The notes under the pieces are model-generated. The model saw only the letters and a program-made list of their open reading frames with translations. It was not told the DNA's origin and did not search any database. From a virus (lineage: Duplodnaviria > Caudoviricetes), in IMG/VR virus record IMGVR_UViG_3300021364_000086, positions 1-33,827 of that record: 33,827 nt of DNA; one strand, written 5' to 3'. This document shows, one piece after another, positions 27,101 through 33,826 of this stretch. Numbering within the stretch: position 1 is the first letter of the stretch; each line of letters opens with the position of its first letter. Made by a program: the position numbers and the translations under genes.

Positions 27101-28979
27101 GTCCTGCTGTAATACTGTTATAGTTTGTTCCAAGCACAGTGTCGTATGCAACTGCTTCAGTAATAAGTCTTACGTCTCGTTCACACTTTTCTTGGTCATA
27201 TGATAAGTTTGTAAATTGTTCTGCAATATATTTTATTGTTTCTTCTACAATAAAATCTTTGTTTGCAACAATTGCATCCTTAGCAGCAACAGCACCTGGA
27301 CTACTTGCATTTGTATCATCGTATACAATATCCGGTGCAGCACTACTATCTTCATTTGCAATGAAGTTTGTAATAATTGCTGTTTTTTCAATTACGTCAT
27401 ATCTGTATTGTTCGTTTGCAGGATCACTGTCTGGAATACGTGCAAGTATTTCATCTCTAGTTGCTTCAATACCAAATATAGTAGGCTGTAGCTGTTGGTT
27501 TAAAACTTTAGCACTATTTGCTCTAAGATAACTTCTACCTGCTGAAATACTTTGGTAGTTGGTTCCTAGTGCAACATCGCCCATGATTGCATCAATTATT
27601 CTAGCAACGTCTCTTCTACAAACTGTTTCATCGTAAATAAATGGCTGCTGAGTAATGTCATTACCGGTCACATAGTAAACTGTGCTATCGCCTTCAAACT
27701 TAATAACACTACCTGTTTGCGGAATGTCTCTCAAACTGTTTACTACAACACTGCGATTTTTAATCAAGTTAGCTGTTGCAGTTGCAATCGAACTGAATCC
27801 ACCTCCTGTGAGTGTGACACCTGGTACGCTTCTATATCCACTACCAGGATCGTCAACTGTAATACTTGTGACTTCGCCACGTAATAAATCAACACTGGCT
27901 GTACCTTGAGCAGTAGTTCCTCCAGGTTCCTCAGGAGGCTCAAATGTCACAGTAGGTACTCCTGTATATCCAGCACCTGTGCTGTTTACAGTCACACTAC
28001 CTACAGTTGATGTGTATGTTTGAGACGGTCTTGCTGTGGTATAAACTTTATCAAATAATCCGTCAGCAATAATACCAAATGTTCCAAAGTCACTAACCGA
28101 GTTTGAAATACTGAGATAGCCACCTTTGGTAGCCATAAAACCGATACGAGTAAAAACAGTAAAGCAGCTAACAATCTGTGTATAGCCAAAGTTTGTAATA
28201 TGGAAACCAATGCCACCTTGTGCAATCTGTGTAAATGCGTCAGCAACAAAGCTGAATACCAACGAATCTTGATTGTAATCATTACCATCAACTAACATTC
28301 CATTGCCGCCGCCGTTTGTGTTAACACGTTTTGCAAGCGGTACGTTTGGATCGTTTTCAATTGGTCTTGCACCTGCTGGTACACCTGGAATTTGTTCTGT
28401 GACAAAAGGAGTAAATTCTGTTCCGTCGTTTAACCAAGGACCGTTCATGTTTGTACAGTTTTGTACATAAGGTGATACTGTCACTAGTGCGCCTTCTTTA
28501 ATTCTAGCACACCAACCTGGATCACGCAATGCCCTAAATGTAAGTTGGAATAGATAACATGCATTATCCATTAAGAAGATATCATTTGTAGGATTGTTTG
28601 GAAAAACTTGACAGTTTCTTAAACTATCACCTCTAACAGTCATACGTTCTTTTAGACTGATTGGATTGTCTTCGTAATAATCACCTGGTGCAAGTTGAAT
28701 TGTTGCACCTGCTGGTGCTGCTTCAACAGCTGACTTAATTGTTCTTTTTGCCCTTGATGCGCCTGCACCTTTACCGTCATTTTCGTCATTGCCTTCTAAA
28801 GAAACATAGTATATTAAATCGTTAGTTGGACCTGAGCTCGATCCAGTAACTTTCAAATCACCTGAAACTTTCACCGTTCCAGTGGACGGTGTAAGTTCAA
28901 TTGTGCCGTCATTGTTAATGATCAACTCGTTGTTGTCAATTTTTCTCTGATATATACTCTGTTTCTTTACGTATTCCAT
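21117..28979 (-). CDS. Giant virion fibre/structural protein (2620 aa) with 10 phycobiliprotein-like domains; paralogue of the 3567-aa protein
   Basis: Shares with the 3567-aa protein the beta-helix-like N-terminal region (YVS..G.D.NDG, GDY.EDNP, SPY.QNC, YxQIVSCF), the H.(W/F)EY.G.G..YNALP..GG block and the GQIR.NT...TFEGYDG.NWGSLGGVKDVDQDT block. It ends in IDGGSF. Confidence 0.8.
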   Translation of the reverse strand: MEYVKKQSIYQRKIDNNELIINNDGTIELTPSTGTVKVSGDLKVTGSSSGPTNDLIYYVSLEGNDENDGKGAGASRAKRTIKSAVEAAPAGATIQLAPGDYYEDNPISLKERMTVRGDSLRNCQVFPNNPTNDIFLMDNACYLFQLTFRALRDPGWCARIKEGALVTVSPYVQNCTNMNGPWLNDGTEFTPFVTEQIPGVPAGARPIENDPNVPLAKRVNTNGGGNGMLVDGNDYNQDSLVFSFVADAFTQIAQGGIGFHITNFGYTQIVSCFTVFTRIGFMATKGGYLSISNSVSDFGTFGIIADGLFDKVYTTARPSQTYTSTVGSVTVNSTGAGYTGVPTVTFEPPEEPGGTTAQGTASVDLLRGEVTSITVDDPGSGYRSVPGVTLTGGGFSSIATATANLIKNRSVVVNSLRDIPQTGSVIKFEGDSTVYYVTGNDITQQPFIYDETVCRRDVARIIDAIMGDVALGTNYQSISAGRSYLRANSAKVLNQQLQPTIFGIEATRDEILARIPDSDPANEQYRYDVIEKTAIITNFIANEDSSAAPDIVYDDTNASSPGAVAAKDAIVANKDFIVEETIKYIAEQFTNLSYDQEKCERDVRLITEAVAYDTVLGTNYNSITAGLAYARASADVYNTTSSTTGSQTTVTVAAYNYLKGLTLALSDVAADSTATTRVTEAWDEVIDIITGRAYNSDTCRRDVGYIVDSVAFDVALGTNYNAVTTGLSYQRANSAYVLSAQFDQTKASYQYMKTLATGTYMSNATAEARSDAAFDEILDILENGQVSTDVAADTITWTDPGTNSSATNSRILLQANRDFIASEVNSWISANYPTFVYDTLKCARDTKYIVDAISFDIQYGGNFATRRAADAYFEGTTSQLPADQRAITAAAYNNLAYNIVSQIVIENYPGQTTTGNLGSSDEVADAESLVRIIADVITANSVSGMPSLIEPTYTWAAAGIQTDVNSWKNAKTTIQDTVIKEITIGNITNADAITYPLPTGVITNRVNARDQLIANRTFIKKEVRAYVNQQNPTLEYDADKCERDVGYIVDALIYDILYEGNSATRQTASSYFVGTSSQLGSTAETTATIQAYTHLQGVVTGILLESALTKSPGNNETQDTTGDPASATEVGAATSLIQIIIDVLDDGNLDNLPTANRAVTDWADASLQTAFSSIFGQQDNFAAASTTWILANYPNFTYDREKCKRDTGLIIDAVVRDARLNTNHNAIVAGQAYIRANASTVKDDQLPATILAIREAKRLALTYTTDDTTATTRVTDGFDTVLTLLEYQTLPSEGQTYPAPVPASQELIDAARQLQENKAFLQEEAIAYINDQYFVYDSAKCARDTQLILDAVCNDLITGSNYNSITAGLSYYRAVSAYVISDQITQTIAAITHLKGEVANLIASDATSVATCNALFDEIIDIIQNGTGNADALSFPNPSGNTNRNNAQLQLQNNRTFIISELISWITANLPSLSFDQTKCERDTGYIIDAVSHDIMYSTNLASIQNARAYFENNASVLPYSQKEGTADALNQLGVILQQIVVGTYPGQNTSAGNASATEATQVNVLSTIVEDVVRANTLEILPTETAIDETGAPTARIDSRDLIQATGDSSSADLVQSVIDYINTNQNGFSYDQVKCRRDVGYLVESTTHDLLYTGNVSSLASARSYFLDGDSQVYGQETETADALTRVKTVAAQVIQGIAVTPSAGNTETQSLVGPYGTSNEATTSNNLFNITIDAITAGNLLSTPTDQEPDTSWVTVSTNVALDALSNANTTIQQGVIDFIRDNIIGFSYNVAKCERDTKYIIDAALYDMMYGGNKQTRRAGEAYYTGTILAGITTAGSNADQEGVTEFAYKHLASIMSKIGQNQKVVVSDDNSLTQTYNATGGTATATLSIENNVTKIAEVISQGIYPVLPNEIDHDYESNAETSANAKRELVLADAKAIEDEAIRLLNLQYGGVAELDLFPQVTYVAEGTLGSMQNVSTVSTSGHAFEYVGAGVTYNALPFFGGSAIAENEITETDNGKVFAGGTVDQIGNFRVGNFFNVNALTGAITLNAEEISLSGIASIGPFKRFGIPVGVELKEVSNSSDLRASTGASDINTVPTQVAVVNYVENRYLNKLTGGTVLGDVEIDADLAVDGGDITTTSTTFNLLNDNANNLNFAGGTTQLTIGAVGIGTTTIKHNVDIDLDLNVDGGDITTNVLDTFNLLNTNVQNVNAFGDATTITMGAVSTDSVFQVNSEIVIFNSVGTLQIPVGTTAQRGADSTAAVGQIRFNTTDETFEGYDGANWGSLGGVKDVDQDTFIRPETSPASDEDTLEFFTNGVQRITLDPTTLSIKGTILTEFDNTTESTSYDTGAVIVSGGVGIARNLHVRGYISGNESDVLQLTEKATDEIFIPANTIRTTDSFKIISNESDSATDNVVDPIILAHHNQTGNAVIGAGIGLPFEQEITNNNYVTAGRIDVVSTDVTTGDEDFDMVFTTRIAGASVEKLRLSENTSTFTTNVQIDQDLFVTGILDAAGFRGSIFADDSTEMLDAINNRIIVTNLDAGTLTLVTDLEVQYGGTGTSTFTTDGILYGNAQNPVQVTDAAGTSDASDSFQILTVTSGSDATPVWTDTIDGGSF
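23120..27640 (-). repeat. Array of ten CxRD-containing phycobiliprotein-like helical domains
   Basis: Consensus (F)xYDxxKCxRDxgyivDA..xD...gxN..s..A..xY. Cys codons at 27618, 27183, 26883, 26454, 25857, 25371, 24957, 24540, 24069 and 23589 (lowest coordinate of each codon). Confidence 0.7.
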
Positions 28980-29309
28980 TTATACTTCCAAATAACTTAT
29001 AGTTGCGCTCAATCTATTTGAGTCAGGGCTATTCAAGACCACAGAGTCTCCTTCCTCTAAAATTAGACGTTCAGTGTTAAACGAAAATGTTTCCTGAGCT
29101 GGCATATCAATTGTATTCAATACTTTGTTAGCGTTGTTTTTTGAATCACCACTTGGTATTACATGCATGTTAAAACTACTATTAAAACTTACATCATCTG
29201 TTGTAGCGTAGTTGCACACTACTATTGTTGTAATTGCATATTTTTTGCCAGCAGGAACTAACAGTATCGTTGTGTCTGTTGCTAATATTAGGTTACTGTT
29301 AATTGCCAT
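28980..29309 (-). CDS. Small conserved beta-rich protein, probably virion-associated
   Basis: 109 aa; ends with ERLILE.GD......S.....L.ATISYLEV, a pattern seen in small genes preceding structural fibre genes; SD AAGGA; abuts the 2620-aa gene. Confidence 0.7.
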   Translation of the reverse strand: MAINSNLILATDTTILLVPAGKKYAITTIVVCNYATTDDVSFNSSFNMHVIPSGDSKNNANKVLNTIDMPAQETFSFNTERLILEEGDSVVLNSPDSNRLSATISYLEV

Positions 29310-29320
29310 TTGCTTTTCCT

Positions 29321-30358
29321 TTAAAATATAATACTATACAATAGTGCTTTGTTTCTACTAATAATTTCGTCTTGCGTTGAGTTTTCGTTTATAAAGAATA
29401 TACCAGTTCCTCCGTCTGCTTCGTCTTTTGCATAAATTTTTACGCCATCGCTTGGTGCTGTTGGATCTGTAATTTTTGGAAACAGAGCCGGAGTACCAAA
29501 TTCGACACTACCTGTTCAAGTGCCTTCGATAACAACGTTTGAGTTTAAGTCGATTGTTGAAATTGTATTTGCTTCAATCTTAACTTGTAATAATTCTATA
29601 CTTGCTTGATAAAATTTTGCAACTTCACTGCCGTCTACAGTGACCATAGCTAAACTTGCGCTACTGGTTTCATCTTGGTCAGCAACAGATACAGTTGTAT
29701 CTCCGCTTTCGATTGTATCAGTGAAGTTGTAGGTGTTGTATGCTTTGACATAGTCTTTTACCGCTTTGACATTTGGAATAGCGTCATCGTCATAAGGGGC
29801 AGAAATTCTATCTTCTAAGTTTACGTTTGGAGTAATATTATCTCCACTGTAAGGCCAAAGTTGTTTCTCATAAGATACTGTACCTCTAACAGAAACAACA
29901 TTTTGTCCTTCACCTAATAAAACTAAATCGTCATCAGCAAACGTTCCGACAAAATTGGTAAAAATACCTATTGTTTGATTATTGTTGTCTTTAAATACCC
30001 AACCACCTTTGTTGGCATCTACACCACCAGTTCTCGAATCATACCAGGTCACATCTTCATCATACAAAAGTTTTGCATCTGGAAAATTACCTCTGTCAAT
30101 TACAAATCCAGCTGTGTTTAGTGTCACACCATTTCCGGTTTCACCATTGTTAAGTGTAATAGTATTGTCTGTAATATCTAAGTCTTGGCTATCAATTGTG
30201 GTTTGTGTTCCAACCACATTTAAATTACCATAGAAATTAAATGTTCCTGTGGTCGCTGGAGTAAGTCCGTCTCCAGCACGGAAGTCTACAGTTCCACCGT
30301 CATTGATTTTGACTTTGTACAGATCAACGTTGTATTCACTTATCTTGGCGCTAGGCAT
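29321..30358 (-). CDS. Virion structural/fibre-like protein interrupted by a single in-frame TGA at 29516-29518 (345 aa if read through)
   Basis: The track ORF stops at ...VVIEGT*. The same frame continues TGSVEFGTPALFPKITDPTAPSDGVKIYAKDEADGGTGIFFINENSTQDEIISRNKALLYSIIF to TAA at 29321-29323, which sits directly before the SD of the next gene. Contains the fibre-type motif GNLNVVGTQTTI....L.I.DN.I.LN.GE. Confidence 0.7.
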
Positions 30359-30374
30359 TTAAATAACTCCTAAC

Positions 30375-30833
30375 TTATGCTTGGCGTGGTAATGCTACAC
30401 TAAGAGTCGTATTGGGGTTATTACTATCTTCTAAAGCACTTGCATCATAACCAATGTTATAAATTGCGTTATCTCCAGTAGTCACTGCTGCACCGCCTGC
30501 TGAACCTTCGATTTGTACAGTTCTGTTTCTTAATTTTGAAACTTGGTATACTGTTGAATCACTACCAGTTGCATCAATTCTAAATGAAGCAGTTGGCATA
30601 GCTGCGTTTGCTGCCGTTGTTAATGTGCAAATTGTATCACTTGCTGCGCTACCTGGTGCTGGCAAAAATGTATCTGTTGCATCAGAATCCAGTCTAATCA
30701 TAAACTTTGCATCGCCGATTTGTTTTACAATATGTGCTGCTGTTGTTGCTTCTGAACCAGACAAGTTGTGTCTGCTTACTGCGATACGGCCAGAACCGTA
30801 TCCGATTTTATCTTTATTAATTGGACGTCCCAT
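30375..30833 (-). CDS. Hypothetical late protein (152 aa, MGRPINKDKIG...), likely virion-associated
   Basis: A strong SD (AAAGGAGA) precedes ATG 30833, so this start is preferred over 30890. It has its own late promoter and an A/T/S/G-rich composition. Confidence 0.75.
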   Translation of the reverse strand: MGRPINKDKIGYGSGRIAVSRHNLSGSEATTAAHIVKQIGDAKFMIRLDSDATDTFLPAPGSAASDTICTLTTAANAAMPTASFRIDATGSDSTVYQVSKLRNRTVQIEGSAGGAAVTTGDNAIYNIGYDASALEDSNNPNTTLSVALPRQA

Positions 30834-30893
30834 TGTTTTCTCCTTTGTTGACGTTCTAGGTCTACGCTGCGGGTACAGCATAATTGACATATG

Positions 30894-30899
30894 TATTTA
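30894..30899 (-). promoter_or_regulatory. Late promoter core TAAATA
   Basis: GCTAAATAC on the minus strand about 60 nt upstream of ATG 30833. Confidence 0.65.
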
Positions 30900-30921
30900 G
30901 CCTTTTTGTAAAAATGGGTTA

Positions 30922-31113
30922 TTATGTATCGTGTTCTAATGTCACAGCCCAACATCTGCCATTTTTTGACTCATATGTAAATAATACCTTGTCACCTATT
31001 TTGAATTTTTTGTCATTGTTCTTAAACAAAATATCTTCTCTAGTTTGCCCAAATTCATGAGGTCTAATACTACCTGTATTACCGCTAAATTTATATACTT
31101 GTCCTTTGTACAT
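30922..31113 (-). CDS. Degenerate cold-shock-domain (OB-fold) protein
   Basis: 63 aa; the pattern KGQV.KF...G.I.P......DILF.......K.GDKV.F......GR..AV follows the CspA layout; SD AAGGAG and TAAATA (31131-31136) upstream. Confidence 0.6.
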   Translation of the reverse strand: MYKGQVYKFSGNTGSIRPHEFGQTREDILFKNNDKKFKIGDKVLFTYESKNGRCWAVTLEHDT

Positions 31114-31130
31114 GTTTGATCTCCTTGTAG

Positions 31131-31136
31131 TATTTA
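31131..31136 (-). promoter_or_regulatory. Late promoter core TAAATA
   Basis: GTAAATAC lies immediately downstream of the gp23 terminator and upstream of SD AAGGAG. Confidence 0.6.
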
Positions 31137-31139
31137 CTC

Positions 31140-31167
31140 AATAAAATAGGCCCCGTAGGGCCTATTT
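31140..31167 (-). terminator. Rho-independent terminator after the major capsid gene
   Basis: AAATAGGCCC-TACG-GGGCCTATTT followed by TATT on the minus strand: a perfect 10-bp stem with a C(UACG)G UNCG tetraloop, as in T4-type terminators. Confidence 0.9.
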
Positions 31168-31192
31168 GTTAATTTTATAAAGTCTTTATAAC

Positions 31193-32365
31193 TTAGCTGA
31201 AGCTTAGGTTTGCAGTTGTGACTGCAACTTTGCTTAGGTAGTCAGCTGCATTACCAAGAGATGAAGCTGTGTTGTTTAGCTCAACATATCCATAACGAGT
31301 CATAAATGATACAACTGGTTCGAATGTGTCTGGGTCAAGTACAACACCGCTTGACATCAATGGGATGTATGGGCAGTAGAACGCTGCTGCGTCTGATTCT
31401 GATGTACCTTTGTAGCCTACAAGAACATCGTCTGATGTTGCATATGTGTTTACATATACTTTCATTGCGTTGTTCAATGTACCAACTAGTTTTGTGTTAG
31501 TTGGTGCTTCAAATGTTCCTTCAGTTGTTCTTGCGAACGCTGAAGTTGTTGCTGATTGCAAGATTGTCAATACAGTTGGTGAAACAACAGCCCAGTTGCC
31601 TGCGCCTCTGCGTGTACGCTGAGCAATTAGGTTTGACACTTTGTTAATTTGAACTGCAAGTGCTGCATGTTCGTCACCAACAAATGTTGCTGTACCTGAT
31701 ACGCCTGCTTGGTTGTATGTTTCAGCTGCTGTGCCTGCCAATGATGTTAGGCTTGCAATTACTTCTTGATCGATCTCAGCAGTAATCTCTTGAGCAAGTG
31801 CTGCCATGATTTCTGCTTCCACGTCAATACCGTGTTGCGACTGAGCGTCCTGTGCTGCCTCAAATGTCCAACGTGCTGATAGCTTACGTGATTTAGCTTC
31901 AACAGTTTGTTTCAAGATCTGGATGCTTAGTCTGTTGCCAGCTGCACCTTCAAGTGCTGATGTTGTTGCTGCTTTGTCGTCAGCTGCACCTGAATAACCT
32001 TCAGCGATTTTGAATGGGCTTAGTGCCTCATCGCCTGCGGTTGTGTCTGTTCCACTTGTTGAGTTGAATGCATCTGCATAACGTACTCTTAGTGTGTGGA
32101 TTTGACCAACTGGACCAGTCATTGGCTGAACGCCAACCAACTCGTTAGCAATAACGGTTGGCATAACACGTCTGATCACTGGAAGGATCACACGGTTTAA
32201 TGTTGCGACATTACCAGCAGAAGTAGCACCAGCTGTTGCGGTCTCCATCAAATGCTTACGAGTATTTTCAAGAGTTGTTTCCATAACAGCTTTTTTGTTG
32301 CCTGCAAGGCCTTCAGTCAAGGCACCTTTTGTCTCCTGCCAGCGACTTTCTAATAGTTCTGACAT
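31193..32365 (-). CDS. gp23: Major capsid protein (T4 gp23-like)
   Basis: IRRVMP..IA.ELVGVQPMTGPVGQI..LR.RY, VEAKSRKL.A.WT.E.AQD....HGID.E.E, AAFYCPYIPL and DP.TFEP...FMTRYG motifs. Confidence 0.97.
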   Translation of the reverse strand: MSELLESRWQETKGALTEGLAGNKKAVMETTLENTRKHLMETATAGATSAGNVATLNRVILPVIRRVMPTVIANELVGVQPMTGPVGQIHTLRVRYADAFNSTSGTDTTAGDEALSPFKIAEGYSGAADDKAATTSALEGAAGNRLSIQILKQTVEAKSRKLSARWTFEAAQDAQSQHGIDVEAEIMAALAQEITAEIDQEVIASLTSLAGTAAETYNQAGVSGTATFVGDEHAALAVQINKVSNLIAQRTRRGAGNWAVVSPTVLTILQSATTSAFARTTEGTFEAPTNTKLVGTLNNAMKVYVNTYATSDDVLVGYKGTSESDAAAFYCPYIPLMSSGVVLDPDTFEPVVSFMTRYGYVELNNTASSLGNAADYLSKVAVTTANLSFS

Positions 32366-32375
32366 TTTCTTCTCC

Positions 32376-33461
32376 TTATATTCCAGCCAAACGCTTAATG
32401 TCTACGACATTATGATCGCTTGGTGAGTTAGAACTTTGTATTTCTTTATTGCCTGTAATTTCTTTTGCCTCTGTGAGCTGTGCCTTCTGCTTCGCTGGAC
32501 TATGACCATCAATAACCGATGGTAGATACTTGTCAAATGCAGAACGTAGTTTTGCAGTTTGAACTGATTCCAGTAAGTCTGTCATAATGTCTTTTTGGTC
32601 CTTGCTTAAAGGTCCAATAAGTTCGTTCATTACTTTTGAACGTTCTTGAGCTTCAACTAGACGCTTAACTTCAGCATCTTTCGCTTCTGCAATAGTTTTA
32701 GCTTTTACAGCTAAATCTTTCGCTTCTGCAATTTGTTTGTCTTTAGCATCAACAACTTTCAATAGTTTTTTGGTTTCTGATTTTTCATTTAGGTGTGAGC
32801 CCATGTATTCGTTAGCGAATGCTTCGAAAATCTTTCTACCAAAATCATTTTGACGTGCTGAGTCAATATCTTCTTTAAGCTGACTAATTTCGCTGCGTAG
32901 AGCTGAGTCAACTGTTTCTGAAATTGCTTTAGCACTTCTTTCGATAAAGTCTTTACGTACTTTTTCGAAGTGTGCCTTACCTTCACGTACTAAACGTACT
33001 TTTGTTTCAGCAAGGTCTTTTTTATCTTCATTAAACTCTGCAATTTCTTTTGCAAGTTGTTCAACAACAAATTCTTCAAGCACGGTAAACTTGTTAGCCA
33101 TTGCTTTTTGGTCTTCGTGTAGTTCTCCAACCTCTTTAGCTAATGTTTCTGTGACAAACTGACTCATCAAGTTTGCATTTTCCTTCATAGCTACTGCATA
33201 TTTTGCTTTTTGTTCAGCAAGTTGCTTACGGTCTTCTGCAAACTCAGCCATTTCCTCTGATAACTTTTCAGTCATCATAGCGTCAATAGCTTCAATCATC
33301 ACACCTTTGTCGTGCTCATATTTTTTTGCAAATTCCTCACGAAGTTCACTAGTGACAGCTAGGCGGTTTTCTTGTACCTTACTGTTCCAAGCTTCTTCAA
33401 TTTCTTGTTTCATTGCTTCTGAAATTACATCGCTTTCTAAAAGGGATTTTAGTGCTTCCAT
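32376..33461 (-). CDS. gp22: Prohead core scaffolding protein (T4 gp22-like)
   Basis: 361 aa, acidic coiled-coil with 'GRKIFEAF..E'; located between the protease and the MCP. Confidence 0.85.
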   Translation of the reverse strand: MEALKSLLESDVISEAMKQEIEEAWNSKVQENRLAVTSELREEFAKKYEHDKGVMIEAIDAMMTEKLSEEMAEFAEDRKQLAEQKAKYAVAMKENANLMSQFVTETLAKEVGELHEDQKAMANKFTVLEEFVVEQLAKEIAEFNEDKKDLAETKVRLVREGKAHFEKVRKDFIERSAKAISETVDSALRSEISQLKEDIDSARQNDFGRKIFEAFANEYMGSHLNEKSETKKLLKVVDAKDKQIAEAKDLAVKAKTIAEAKDAEVKRLVEAQERSKVMNELIGPLSKDQKDIMTDLLESVQTAKLRSAFDKYLPSVIDGHSPAKQKAQLTEAKEITGNKEIQSSNSPSDHNVVDIKRLAGI

Positions 33462-33472
33462 TATTTTCTCCT

Positions 33473-33826
33473 CTATTGGAGCCTGTCTATTATGTTTAAT
33501 AGACTCTCTGCAATGTATTTTTGTGCCTTAGGATCGCCTTGAACTTCTCTACTTGTGAGAAATGCCTTATATCCGCCCTTTTCGTTCATGATATGCTCAT
33601 AAATTGGAGTTGGATATGCACCAGGGGCGCTGGGCTGAGCCACAACGTCCACAGTGATTATTTCAAAACCTTGGACATTACCTTGGTTGTCAACTTCACC
33701 AGAGCCCCTTGATGAAACACCTAGCTTTACGCCGCTTTCTAGCATTGTTTTAACTAGTTGTCCCATTGGAGTTGGTAAAATTTTTAATTTTCCATAACCG
33801 TTTGGGCCATCCATCCACATATCTGT
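33473..33826 (-). CDS. gp21: Prohead protease (T4 gp21-like), C-terminal part; 5' end outside the window
   Basis: GK.KIL.TPMG......L..GV.LGVSSRG.G and D.VAQPSAPGAY motifs; the frame is open to the right edge. Confidence 0.93.
   Translation of the reverse strand, partial: TDMWMDGPNGYGKLKILPTPMGQLVKTMLESGVKLGVSSRGSGEVDNQGNVQGFEIITVDVVAQPSAPGAYPTPIYEHIMNEKGGYKAFLTSREVQGDPKAQKYIAESLLNIIDRLQ

Noticed and set aside
23120-27640. c-type heme or zinc-binding motifs as the explanation for the conserved Cys
   Set aside because: There is no CxxCH or CxxC; each repeat has a single conserved Cys in a CxRD helix.
10900-28300. Many plus-strand ORFs (up to 275 aa) antisense to the two fibre genes
   Set aside because: They are shadow frames of G/T/S/A-rich coding sequence, giving low-complexity L/P/V/S translations with no SD or recognisable motifs.
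29516-29518. Genome-wide TGA=Gly recoding (translation table 25) suggested by a TGA at a Gly-like position
   Set aside because: It is the only in-frame TGA across thousands of codons of Gly-rich genes, and TGA serves as a normal stop in the ATGA overlap at 9100-9103.
30834-30890. Upstream start at 30890 giving a 171-aa protein (likewise 1546 for gp14)
   Set aside because: The strong SD precedes 30833, and 30890 lies only a few nt from the promoter core. The 1546 start overlaps the promoter elements.
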